A DNA stretch of 64,000 nt, from the NCBI GenBank assembly GCA_050230475.1, contig JBFLGF010000054.1:1-64000 (forward strand), read 5' to 3'. The notes under the pieces were generated by a model, which saw only the letters and a list, made by a program, of their open reading frames with translations, made no database searches and was not told the origin of the DNA. Origin of the DNA: Ancylonema sp. Its lineage: Eukaryota. Both the position numbers and the translations under genes were made by a program. Of this stretch, positions 39,949 through 54,000 are shown piece after piece (within the stretch, counting starts at the first letter, position 1; each line of letters opens with the position of its first letter).

Positions 39949-40939
39949 GATGTGGAGCAAAATTACCTGAGCTCTGGATTATTCGCTCGACTGGCTGAAT
40001 CACCGCAATGCGAACGTGTGGGGGAGGGTTTGTGTGGAGGGGCAGGATACCGTCTCTCCCCACTTTATACCGAGCCTCCTATAATAATTACCTTCATAAC
40101 ACGACATATTTTGCCGTAGCAAAATTCCAGCCACAAGCGCCCTCGGTATGACGACGACTCCGATATTACGATTTACCGTACAGGCACAGCTCGATATAAG
40201 AAAATTCGTTATAAGAAATTATTCGCTAGTAGAATCTATTTTGCATTTTTTTATTTTTGGCGATTTTACACTCAAATTGCGATATGTATGAGAAAAATAT
40301 TCGCTAAAAATAAGCTTTATTTCCGAATTTCTAACATCAGGGTTTCAGTGTATCTCCATTTTTTTCGGTCATTACATAGGGAACCACTGTGCGACCGGAC
40401 ATTATACGAGTCGAGCGATTTATCACAGGTCCTAAGGAAAAAGATGGGCCTAGTGAAACATATCATTTTTCGCGACTTAACACTGAAATGCGTTGGATGC
40501 CAGGCGTCGATGGAGAAGTTGGGCGGAGGTAAGAGCTCTTCACAAGTCAAGGGGGGAGGAAAAAAAAGGGGGGAGCTCGTATTTCGGCACCCTACGAAAT
40601 TAATTTCGACACCATTTCCACTGAGGGGGACCGTAAATATGTTTCGAACAGACTTGGTGGTTTGTGAGCCGTCGTTTCGTAGTACGGAGTTCTATATATT
40701 TTTTCCGCTTGTGCGACGTGGCTCCCTAACCCACTACAATTGGAAAGGCATTTCAAAACGGAGGACACGAATGTGGCTTGAGGTCCCTCCCAATTTGCGG
40801 AGTTTGGTCGCCATGTCCAATAGTGAAACATTTTCGTACATCCTTAAACGTTTGTGCGGTTCACTATGTCGTGATTGGTTCAAGCGATTCCTGCATTTGT
40901 ATATGCACCAAGATGTCGGTCCTTGTTTCAACCATAGTG

Positions 40940-41760
40940 GGTCCCCAAGCCGGAAAATATGCGCGCTGGCTCGGAGCCGGGCTCGCAAAATCCGCGAGCG
41001 GAGCGGGACCCACAGGAAAATGTAAAAAGACAAATGGTAGCCCCGCCTCCCTATATGCGGTGGACTATTATGCTTGCGTAATAGTGTTTCATAACACCTT
41101 GTACTCCGTCATTATCCCGTCCCCCGTTCACAATTCCCCCTTGTCGTTTGGAAGCTACAATTCTGTCGTTAGGGCATCCGCTAAGCACGTCTCCCGTTCA
41201 TCGTATTTTTCCGTACCATCGTTGTCCTCTCATTCCATCGTAATGTCTGACACTCATAGATTTTGTTTGTCGTTTGTGCAACATAATCTTTCCGTTTTTT
41301 TTTTAAATCCCGCATTGGACGGCTGAGCATAGTTCAGTGCCGCGTCCCTCCCCCGGATGTCGTCCGATTCCGGAAATGTCAGAAGATCTATAAGATTATA
41401 TACAAAATCTTTCAGTTACCAAAAAAAATACCGGATTCGACGGACACAATCTCTCCAGTAACCATCAGAATATGGTTACTTTGTTCGGGACATACCGGTA
41501 ACTAGGAACTATATGCTTGGCAGAGGAGGATTTGTACTTCGTCGCATTTCGGTGTTTTTTTTTTGCCACGCAGGTCGCGGACGCGCGCCGGCTCGGAGCC
41601 GGGCTCGCAAATTCCGCGAGCGGAGCAGGACCCACCATGGTTTCAACCACCCCAAAAAAAAAAAAAAACATGGAAATACTTGAACGCTTTGCGGATCCGG
41701 TCGTCTCGGACGCATCCACCAACGAACATCTTCTAGGCGCGTCCGCAAATTCCTGGTGGA
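40940..41760. repeat. Direct repeat pair of a GC-rich transposon-like subterminal unit
   Basis: GGCTCGGAGCCGGGCTCGCAAA(A/T)TCCGCGAGCGGAGC(G/A)GGACCCAC at about 40967 and 41590. Confidence 0.7.
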
Positions 41761-41768
41761 CATCGGGG

Positions 41769-42450
41769 CATAGTTGGTCGAACTCCGGACCGTTTCCGAA
41801 CCGGATCTTAGATGGAACCAGTTCCGACAAAAGTGGCCGCGGCTCGGAACCGCGGGATTTAGAGTTTTTTTTCACTTAAATGGCATTTTGAGGCTATATG
41901 GCTTGGGAAAAATCGACATTTTTTTTTGTGTACCACTTCATGGTCTATTCAACAAAAATATCAAACAAATGATACACATTGTTAAAAAAAAAACTCAAAA
42001 CGATTTTTCTCACGAGTGTATTCACCTGCTTTTGGTGCATTTCTTTGTTTTGCTCACTTCTCTACACACTTTCTTGCAATTTATATAGAAGTAGTTTATA
42101 TAACAAGTTCCACTTCGAGTTTCACTTTTTTTTCAAATAACCATAAAATTCCATTCCATATATCTTTCCTTATTCCCATTCCGTGTTTTAATTCCATGCG
42201 AAAATGTTGCGACATGATGTTGTCACCCGTTTTGTATTACCTCTCGACATTTGAACTTTCCATGTCTTTTTTTCTTTTCAATCGTCGACTCAAAGTTGCG
42301 GCACTCCATTTATAACCACTCTCTTCCTACGCAATTCTCCTACCTTTCTCGTCCCTTGCTTCTCCAAAGATTTTCATTATCCAACTGTCGGCAGCGAAAT
42401 ACTTATTTAGGATCCATGATTGAATTGAAAACATGTCACCTCAAATGTCC
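41769..42450. mobile_element. Inverted, diverged copy of the 35824-36756 hAT-like element
   Basis: Begins CATAGTTGGTCGAACTCCGGACCGTTTCCGAACCGGATCTTAGATGGAACC, a near-identical reverse complement of about 36700-36756. Confidence 0.75.
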
Positions 42451-43244
42451 TATCTTGTTATATCTCAAAATCACACACTGCCCCCTGCTTAATGAGATAG
42501 AAGTACGAAACTAATGGCCTTTGCTTAGATAGGTCTAGCGGTGGGAAGGCACTGCGCAGTGAAAAAATGTTTACTTCCAGCGTCCTATTCCATGTGCAGG
42601 GTCTTCTGATGATGATACTGAGACTGTCTAACATTTTTTGAGTCGCATAACTATATGTAGGCATATAAACATTTGGTGTTTTCTGATAGGGTAATGAAAA
42701 GCATATGGAAACTCATTGGCGATAAAATACGATATGACAATATAACCAAATTTGATATTTGAAATTTTGAAACGTTAATGCGCCCACCATTTGCATGTTT
42801 GTTTCGTTTTTTTCATTTTCCCTGGCGTAACCTTGCCATTGATATGTTAGTTGCTCAAACATAGAAATTCCGTACATGACACAACCTCTAACGCCATCAC
42901 CTCCAGCCTCCAGCTTCTAACTTGTGACCTGTATCTGAACGCTCCATGCACGAACCGGATAACCGCCCCACTAAGCAGCCTGAAGGTAGAGGAAGCACAA
43001 GTGGTGGGGTTACATCCTCAAAACCCTGTTCCCTTCAAACTCGTTTTACAGTGGGCCTCACGGATGGACAGCCCACTTGGGTTTAACGGAGGACGGCTCA
43101 ATCCCTAGGCTCCGGAAGGTCTGGGAGCGTTCGACCTATCAAGCTGTGCCACCATGGCGCTTGTTGGGCCTATAAGAAAACACGTCAGGTACCACATTAA
43201 GAACAGACTCAACCTGAATCCCCAAATGTTTCTTACTACCTCCG

Positions 43245-44575
43245 TCACGACCTCTGGTAACTCTCCTGAGTGCCTCACCATCTCATATTCACAAACTCCC
43301 ATCCCGATGACAAGCACCCAAATCCTGACTCTCCATCTACCGGGAATGCTCCCCCTCTCTCAACAGCTGCCCACCCCATGTCACCTGTTCGATATAGAAT
43401 GCCAGCTTCCTGCGGCGGCAACGCTCCAACAGCGCATGTTTCGCAGCTGCAGCAGCGGCATACAACTCTTTCTCCTCCTCTGCAGAAACCAATTGTCCAA
43501 CACGAACATGAACATGAACATGACCACACCGACCACGTACCACTCAGTCCGCCTCGTCCCATGCCATCAGCTATGAGCCTTCAGCCATCCTTGCGCAGGA
43601 CAGACACGCAGGACAAAGAGGAAATGGAGAGAGTGGTCGTGGCAATCACCAGTTTGGAGCGCCTCCATTCCTGCAGCCCCCCAAGAAGAAGAAGAGGAAG
43701 AACCGGCGGTCAGCAGAGCACAGTGGGAAGACATGGACGGGTGCTGCAGTCCCGAATCACGGTAGGAGCGGTAGGTTACCTCGATTGGCATTAAGGGCGG
43801 CCTGGAGCACCCACTTGACGTCCTTGACCACCAGGTTCGGAATCTGCGCTGGGTTCCTCAGACTTATCTCCTCCGAGTCCCTCACCAACTCCGCCATCTG
43901 TCCACGTTGGAAGCTCCGGAAATGGTATGCGGACCACCCAGGAAACAACGCGGCGAACTCCACCAGAATATCCGGGAGCACAAAGGGCTTGAAAAATTGC
44001 ATCACATCTGAAAGATAAAGAAAACAAAGTTGCAGGTAAAGTGATTCATTGGCCGAAGAGCCCATGCGAGCTCACAGAGAAATGTCAAACTGCGTTCCAC
44101 TTGTCTCACGTCCCCCCCCCCCCACCCTGCTCCATCCCCCCCCGCCCCCATCCAAGGGGTTTGGTGTAGTTTCAATCACCTCGGGGGGGCCATGGCAGGA
44201 GATATGCATGTTTGTTCTCTGCAAGGAGAGGAGTAAAGAGGGAGGTTAAACGACGGGAAACAAAGATGAAGCGGGATGAGGAAAGAATGTGACCACGCCC
44301 CCCTCCGGCCCCTCGCGATACTTGCCTGCTATGGCGGGCCTTACTGCCCGCAAGGCCTTTTCAGGGTCTTCTAGCTGGTGTGACTCCGGATAAATATCCT
44401 GCACGAATTTAGCGAGATCTCCCCTGGGAAGGAACAAAAGTGTGGCAGGAGTAAATCGATAGAAGCTGTCCGACAGCGACACAACGCGATCTGGATTTTT
44501 GGGAAAGGCGGCAGTGAATAACTGAACAAGTTCCTCGTGGCTATTCTCGAGTTCCGCCGACATGGCCGAGGACAT
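43245..44575 (-). CDS. Hypothetical protein (~227 aa) with micro-exons and a GC-AG first intron
   Basis: Phase-consistent model 44575-44326, 44218-44180, 44007-43780, 43670-43650, 43570-43541, 43479-43385, 43265-43245 (684 nt): MSSAMSAELENSHEELVQLF..-NKHAYLLPWPPR-DVMQFFKPFVLPDILVEF..-EEEKELYAAAAAAKHALLERCRRRKLAFYIEQ-ESYQRS. No family recognised; the small 3' exons are tentative. Confidence 0.55.
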
Positions 44576-45750
44576 GAAATCACCAGATATCCTTCTTGTT
44601 ACACCCGAAGAAGACCATTCCGAGTTTGACTATCGAGGAGAAAGTGATCGGACATAGAAGTGATCGAACACGACTTTAACGCTGCCGCCTGCTATACAGT
44701 AAACCCCTGATATAGTGACACTCGATATAGTGTTAATCACGATATAGTGACATTTTTTCTGAGGCGGGCACCCCGCCCGCAGTCTCTCCCTAAAAATGGG
44801 AATTGTTAGGGACAAGTAGGGCTGTAAACGTTACCGTGACGCTTACGCGTGACGGTAAATTACGCGTCATTTTGACGCGTAATTACGCACACCCTCGGTA
44901 ACGTTACGAATTATAGCGATTCACTACTTTTGGTCATGACGGGCCCGGAATCGCCGTTACCCTGAGAGATGAGTTGTCATAAAGCACCATCGAGCATGTC
45001 ATTTCACCACCCTAAAGGAACTTAAGAAGAAAATAAAACCCAACCCTAATACAACCGAGCAACAATCCATAACTCTGCTGACGACAATGACACTCGCGGA
45101 AGGGGGGGGATGATAGGGCCATACCCTGCTCCAATCACAACGTCGCATGGATTGCATGTGCTAGAGAACATTGTAACGCAACATTTATTCTCTGCCGAAA
45201 CCAAGTAACTAGCAAACTAACATTTTGCCCCGATCGCCCATTCCTCTGCGCCGTACGGTGAGCACAATTCACAAAGAGCCGATTGCGCGCATCGGAAAGC
45301 GCATCGTACGTCTATAACACAAACGGGATAAACTTAGTCCCTGCCGCGCGATTACGATAATTTGTTTCTTTGCGCCGTTCCGCCGTTAAGGTTTTTGATA
45401 TTTAGAATATCGCAAAACGTATTATTTTGGGTATCGTAGAAAGACCACGATAAATATTAACAGTTTTATTTCATTTTTTCCGATCAATGTGGAGTTCAAA
45501 AAATGGAGACACTTAGGGTTGCCGGAGGGGGGTGCCCGCAGTCGCTTTGAGGGGTGCCACAGTCTCTCCCTTTTTATAAACCTATATAAATACCATAGAA
45601 AATCTCCAGCAAATTTCCAGGCGGAAAAATATTCGCTCTGAGCGCTGCCGCCCGGGGCGAGCCCGCTCGAGGCTGAAAGCCGGGCGGAAATTGCGAGGCA
45701 GAGCCATAGACCTGAATACTCATTAAAAAAATCCCGCAATGTGGAGATAT

Positions 45751-46151
45751 TGTTAGGACCCTCGCTACAATCACTAGGGCTCCCTAGCGAGGTCCCCACA
45801 CTTGGCGCTAGAGCGCTACTAGCTCAGTTTTCCATATAGCGAGTTTTGCCCCTATATAATGAGACTTGTGTCCCTAGCGGCCGCCTGGCCCCTAGAGAGT
45901 ATTCTGACGTGTCCTTAGCTCAGGCAATTGTGCATTTTAGCCAGACTTGATGTGTCATTAGCATATTCAGAGTGAGTTATCCCACATTAATCATAGAGTC
46001 GGCTAGGGCCGACTTTCCTATATCTAGCCGATAGGAACTTTCACAACCTCGGCTCCGGCTCAGGCCATCACTGTATTCCGACCTTGCGCCGTCATAGCCT
46101 TTGCACAATTTGCAACTTGCTTGTTAGGGGTTATTGCATCCGCCCCTCACA
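45751..46151. mobile_element. Solo LTR (~401 bp) inserted in a hAT-like MITE
   Basis: TGTTAG...CTCACA termini; degenerate 5-bp TSD GATAT/CAAAT; internal TATATAA. The uninterrupted paralogue near 26050 reads GCAGATATGGTC across this site. Confidence 0.75.
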
Positions 46152-47382
46152 CAAATGGTCGATTTTGTTCAAAACCGACTTCTTGTAGAGTGTACGCCAT
46201 ACGCCACACGTCCGACATCATGTATGTCACCTATGAGTCCGAATCCGTGGCTTGGCATAGTATAATGCGATAAAAGTAGAAATATAAAAAATTTAAACTT
46301 GAGATATACAAAAAAATATTAACGCGTAAAGATGGCAAGCGTACTTAGTGTTATAAAATCTATAATACTTGTCGGATTCGGAATTTTGAAAGATGTACAT
46401 GATCTACGTGGTCTTGGGAACCCTCCGACTGCCCGCGGTCTCTCCCTTCAAAATATTCAAGTTCAAAGAATCATAGCTTTTAGACGTTTTTCGAAATTCA
46501 CAAAAAAAAAAAAAAAAAAACGTAATGTAGAGGGGACCATGTAGTTTTTATTAGCACTTCTTTTTTTCCCCTATCAATTTGGGCACACAGGGTCCGTAGA
46601 ATAGGGCGGAGAGGAGGCGGGACTCGGTTTCGGGGCCGTGGGTAGGGGGCCAGGGGAGAGGGGGAGGGACGGGTAAGATTGTTGGGTGTGTCGGTAAGCG
46701 GTTGGTTACTGGGAGGGGGGTAGAGAAAAGTAGACATTGTGGACCCCTTTCCTTAGTCCCACTGGACAGTGAGGTGGAACAGCTAGTGGAGGTGCTCACT
46801 CGGCTCAATGCGCTCACTGGGCTCAGAGGGCGTTGGGTCAGCGCTGGGGAGGGGGGGGGAAGTTGGGGAAAGGAAGAGGTGTGGAGGAGAATGGGGGAAG
46901 GCACCCCGATGGGAGGAAAGAGCTGGGTGAGGGAGGGGGGTAGATTTGTGGTACAGGTAGGCGTGGGGGTGTTGGCAGGAGGGGAGGTGGAGGGGAGGAG
47001 GAGAGGGGAGGTGGGGTGGAGGCGGCTCTGAGAGTTGTGGCACGCGCTGCCTCTCAAGGTACTCTCAGCTTTGTGGTTTGTGCTCCATGGGGCTTGTGGG
47101 GAGCAAGGGGGAAGTGGAGCTCATTGGGGGAGGAGGGAGGGGAGTGGCTCTTACACTCCAGTGCGGCAAAAAAGGGGCGGACTAGTTTGGGTCTTGGAAG
47201 ACCTTGGTGGAAAGGGAGGAGGGGGTACGGAGTAGGCGTAGGAGGGGGATGTGGCAGGAGGAAATGGGGCGGATGTGAACAATAAGTGGTGCTTGGGGGG
47301 GATTGCGGAATTTGGGGGACACCGAGAGAGAGGAGGAGGTGGATTTGGAAGCGCCTCCAAAAAGCGATTCATGGCTTGACCA

Positions 47383-48868
<1,486 letters not shown>

Positions 48869-50012
48869 TCTATGAGATGCAGGTCGGTTTGGACGATCGA
48901 GATTGGAGATCGGTTGGTACGACCAGGTGGGGATGTTTAAATTGGGTCAGATGGCGGATCGCGGATCGGTGGGCGGATTCAGTTGTTTTAGTTAGCAATG
49001 TCTGTCCTTGGATAGAAACTCGGAGGTCTCTGCCGATTTCATATGGCCGGAATATTCCTGAAGAGAGACACGAACCACGGACGATTAGCAGAAGAGACGT
49101 TATAAGTGCGCTCATCAAGAATGGTGGTAGGTTATGCGCCAGTAAACGCTATGGGCTACGAAAATCACGACAGAACGTGCTCTGTCTCCCAAGCACACGA
49201 GTGGATGTCGATCCCAATCGCAGACGCGTTTATGTATGATAACGAAGAGGTCCTGCCTTCTCTCCCAAGATCGTCCTTCGAAATAACGCCCTCGGAACTA
49301 GTCGATACTGTGGTGCTGCCCGACCGGCAACTGAGCCAGCGTAGAAGGGCAGGATGAAATCAGAGGCGCTTTCCCGTTTGGATGAAGACCGATTTCATCG
49401 CCTGTCGGTTGACTGGCTCACAGTGTCGGTTGTGAGACATGTGTCGTTCATCGAGCAGCACGATTTGAGAGCAGAAATGTGCCGTCGATCCCAAGATAGA
49501 GAATGATGTGGACAATTTCATACCGTAAAATGACCGCTCAGATCGGGGAGGAACGAGCGGATTTGCACCATTTCAGGCTTTGACCACTCTCGTGCGCGTA
49601 GATCCGTGGCTGCGATTTTTGTGTCGGTTTCGAGTGGTGGTTTGACGGCCGATCGAGTGGTTGAAATTTTCTTCGTTCCCCTTCACCGTGGCGGCTACTA
49701 CCCCATTTGTTAGCGCGTCACTCGTGTGAGGCGCCCCGCGTCGAATTCACAATTTCGGGATAGCTGCCCTCATTCATCTGACGCTTCGTGCTTGAGAAAG
49801 AACGATACAGGCTACAGTAGTCTACTTAACTTTCAGCTCTTCAGCTCCACCGCCATGTAGCTATTCAAGGATAATAAGTCTGACTACGTAGCATTTAGCC
49901 CTTATTTCTTCTGCATCTGCTCTGGATCGATTACGCCCTAATTGTGAAAACCGAGGACTTACACCTGAGCTCCCTTTTGACGGGTTCCGTAGTCTCGGAA
50001 ACTGAACGCCAC

Positions 50013-50638
50013 ATGGCTTTTTCCCTCGAGAGTCCTCTTGGCGGCGCGAATCCTCTCCGGGAATTCCGGCAGCGCATCATTATTGCCCTCGAAGCCAAGA
50101 AACAGGTCTGAATGCGCTGAATCCCACACGATCATATCATATACCTATCTGTTTCTTCGCCATCCCGCTTTAAATGTTAAATATATTTGTGGGCATACCT
50201 ATATAGACAATCTATTCGCAGTCCTTTATTCGTTAATATGTTGTTCGTGATCCGCCAGGAGGTCTGCGACCTGAATTCCTAGAAGTCGATTTCAGTTAAC
50301 GAGGGGGAAAATATTATTATCGAAAATCAACTGGAAAAAAAAAACGCCTTGAAAAGAGAGACATAAGTCGACGCCCTACAGTGTGTGGATGTTTCGCACT
50401 CCACACGCAAGGCACACACAGTCATCATCACAGCTCTTCTGCACAGTGCCAAGAAGGCATCCACGTCAGCAGTGCCTCTGACCTGGTCCCATCCGATTGG
50501 CAGGGGGAATCCGAAGCATATGACCGACTGGTGCAGGAAACGGTGGCTTGCTTCAGGGATCTAGTAAGTGGCTCAAAGTTTGACACGTCAGCATGTCGTA
50601 GGAACACAATATGATTACAATTATTATTATTATTATTA

Positions 50639-50725
<87 letters not shown>

Positions 50726-50791
50726 ATCATTATTATTATTATTATTATTATTATAAATATTACCACTTATATTATTAATATTAATACTATC

Positions 50792-50852
<61 letters not shown>

Positions 50853-50996
50853 TGATTATAATAATATTAATTATTATTAACCATCATATTCGTATTGGTA
50901 TTCTCTTCATTACTATCATTATTATGATAATCATTATCATTACTACAATTGTGATTATTATTATTTGTTATTATTAATAATATTATTATTATGATG

Positions 50997-51042
<46 letters not shown>

Positions 51043-54000
51043 GATTCAATATTATTACTATGATCATCATCATTATTGATATCATTATCAGTATTATCAT
51101 CATTATTATTGTTGGTATTATTTTTAGTTTTTCACATTTTTCTTTTTTTTTGGGTGTATAACTTCATGTATTTTCCCACCATCATCTTATATCCCACGTG
51201 GCACACACACGATACGGTTCACCCACGTGGCGCTCTGACACGTGGCCCTCCCCCCTTGTGTCTCCCTCCTTCCCCAGCCAATGCTGCGTGTCTTTGCAGA
51301 GTGCGTTTCGAGTCTGGACGAACAATGTCACCAGAGGCTGCTGAGACAGGTGGAGGGGGAACCCCACTACCCCTCTCAAAAAATACCCCTAATGAAAATT
51401 ACATTTTTCGCAATCATATCGCGCAATCATCGTAGGCATCCCCCTGAATGAATACACCTCTACAATAACGACACCTACCACCCACCTTCATCACTCTTTA
51501 ATATTCAACTTCCATTGAAGTAGTATTAGTCAACATATGAAAAGTCATCAAAAACATCATTCCATTTTAATGGACGAGGTTCATCTTCCAACCATCTCCT
51601 CGTCTTGGGATTGAGTTTTCCGTTTCGGGTTTTGTGTTTCAGCTTCTGGGTTCCAGTCTTTGGACCTGCTCGTTAGAGGTGGCAGACATTCTCATTGACT
51701 TCGCAATCAATCTCGTAAGCGACCCACACCCCCGACCCCACCCATCCCACCCTTCCCCCCTTCCCCCCTTCCCCCCTTCCCCTTGTTACCGCCCCCCCCC
51801 TTACCCCCCTTGACATGTGGCCACCTGGGCACTTCACAAAGAACCCCCCCCCCCTCCAACCTACCTGCCACCTGTCAAATAACATCCACCTCACACATAT
51901 AGGAACCTCCACCTGGCATATCCCCACGCCACCCGGCATATTCCCATGCCACCTGGCACGTTTCCCACACGCCACCTGTCGCCTCCCCCCCCCCCGCCAG
52001 GTGGCGGCCAACGGCACGTGTCTCCACCTGTGCCTGGACATGATCGTGGCCAACTTCCTCCCCCCCTCGTGCGGCATACCCGCCTTCATGGGGGCCGCAT
52101 TGGGTTCTGGGCCAAACCTCAGGGACTCCCTGATGAGAGCGCGGGAGAACAAGGAGGAGGAGGTGGGGAGGCAGGGGGAGGGGGGGGAGAGGGTTCAGTT
52201 TCTGGCGGATCGCGTCCTGGTTGTGGTTCCCTGGGCAGGGAAGGGTTTGCTGCAGGTGGTGGTGGGGAGGATGCCACATAAGAGGTTGGAGAAGGAGGTG
52301 GGGGTGCGGGGGGGAGGGTGGGGGAAAGGGGGGGGGGGGGGGGTGTATTCTGGTATGTGGGTTGGAGTTGTGGAGGGTCTGCTGTGGGGTTTTTTTATAG
52401 GGGTTTGGAGGGTTTTTTTGGGGAAGGGTTTTCGAAGGTGGTTATTGACTTTTTGTTCTTTTTTGGGTGGTCAAGGTTGACCAGCGGGTAAAAGTATACC
52501 ATTCCAATATTCCATTATTATTGATACCATTTTCTGGCCATTAGGGTTCTAGTTCTACTGCCAGGGTTTCCCAGGGCAGAAGATTGCAGAAGTGTACAAC
52601 GGTTGTTAGTGGGTTTGAATGGTGCTTGTCTTATGGGTGGGGTCTATCTGTTTGGGTTTATTGGGGTTCAGTTCCAATGCATTTACCTGAGTGCTGTCTT
52701 GCGTCTTGCCATGAGTCCATCTGGGGAGGCGTTGAAAGACGAGCTTCTGGTGGCAGTGGTTGGGAAACTCATACAGATGGATGTGAGAGAGGGGAAACCT
52801 TAAACCCTAAACCCTAAACCCTACACCCTGAACCACTAAACTACGAACCCTGGATATTTAATCCCTACGTTCGAATTCAAGCTTCAAATCTTAAACCTTA
52901 ATTCTTAAACCTTGAAACGTGAATGTAAAACCCTGAATAAAATTTGAACCTCCAGAGAACCAGGCTTATGAATCCCACCCGATGGCTTGCAGCCTGAACC
53001 ATCTATTTTGTACGTGAATAAATTACATCTCAAATCATGATCATGATTATAATAATCATGATCTTCATTCGAAAGCTACACCTGTTTACCTTCAAACGTT
53101 ACACTGTACGCTCGACCTCCAAGACCCAAACCCTCACACCCCCAAATGTTGTCCTCCGTATCCTGATCCTGAATCCATAAATGCACATCATATGCACACA
53201 AAAATTATCAAAAGACAAATAGGGACGTAAAAACACCAGACTGTGACTCTTAATCCTTAAACCTGACCTTCAAATTCTGAAACCGGCATCCGATGCTCTA
53301 ACCCTGGACACTCTGACCATACCATACACCAAACTTAAACCCTACTCCCTCCTCCGTATTCGTCAGTTGCAGACCCTTGAAAAGCACAATAACCCTCAGA
53401 TTAGGAAAACACTACAACCGTAAAAGAACCCTTTAGGAAAAGTTCTACAACAGTTAAATTAAAGGAGGGAGAAGGGAACGATCCCCTCGAGCATGTGAGG
53501 GAGTGGGAAACGCATCACTCAAAATGTTGCGGTTTTTTATTAATTAAGAGGGGGAGAGGGTCCGTGGTGGCTACCAGCCTCAAACTGTTGGGGTTTGGTT
53601 GGGTGGCATCTCCGGTCGCGGTTGGGGGTTGGCAGGTCGATATTCGTTGGGAAGATATTTTGGAGGCGGAGGAGGGGGGCAATGCGGAGATGTTTCAAAT
53701 GGATATGGAAGACGAATCAGATGAGGAGGAGGGGGGAGAGGCAGCATCGCCAGGGGGGGCGGAGGTAAGGATTGGGAGAGAAACTGCAGGGCTAAGGGAT
53801 CAAGGTTAAGGGTTGAGGGATCATGGTCTTGGGATACTACTTTCCTGTGAGCTTCCGTAATTGTTTTGGGGTTTCTTGCTCTGGTTTGATGACTTTTAAG
53901 ACCCCCCTTACTGATTATCCTACTTTCAGGGTGTTTGTTTCAAGTTGATTGTATGGTGTTGGGTATGGTTATGGTTATGGTAATGGATATGGTTATGGTA

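Noticed and set aside
40288..41326. 245-aa and 182-aa ORFs upstream of tatA
   Set aside because: No recognisable motifs; they overlap repeat-derived sequence.
46551..47372. Pro-rich minus-strand and Gly-rich plus-strand ORFs
   Set aside because: Low complexity, interrupted by stops on both strands; could not be linked by a consistent splice path.
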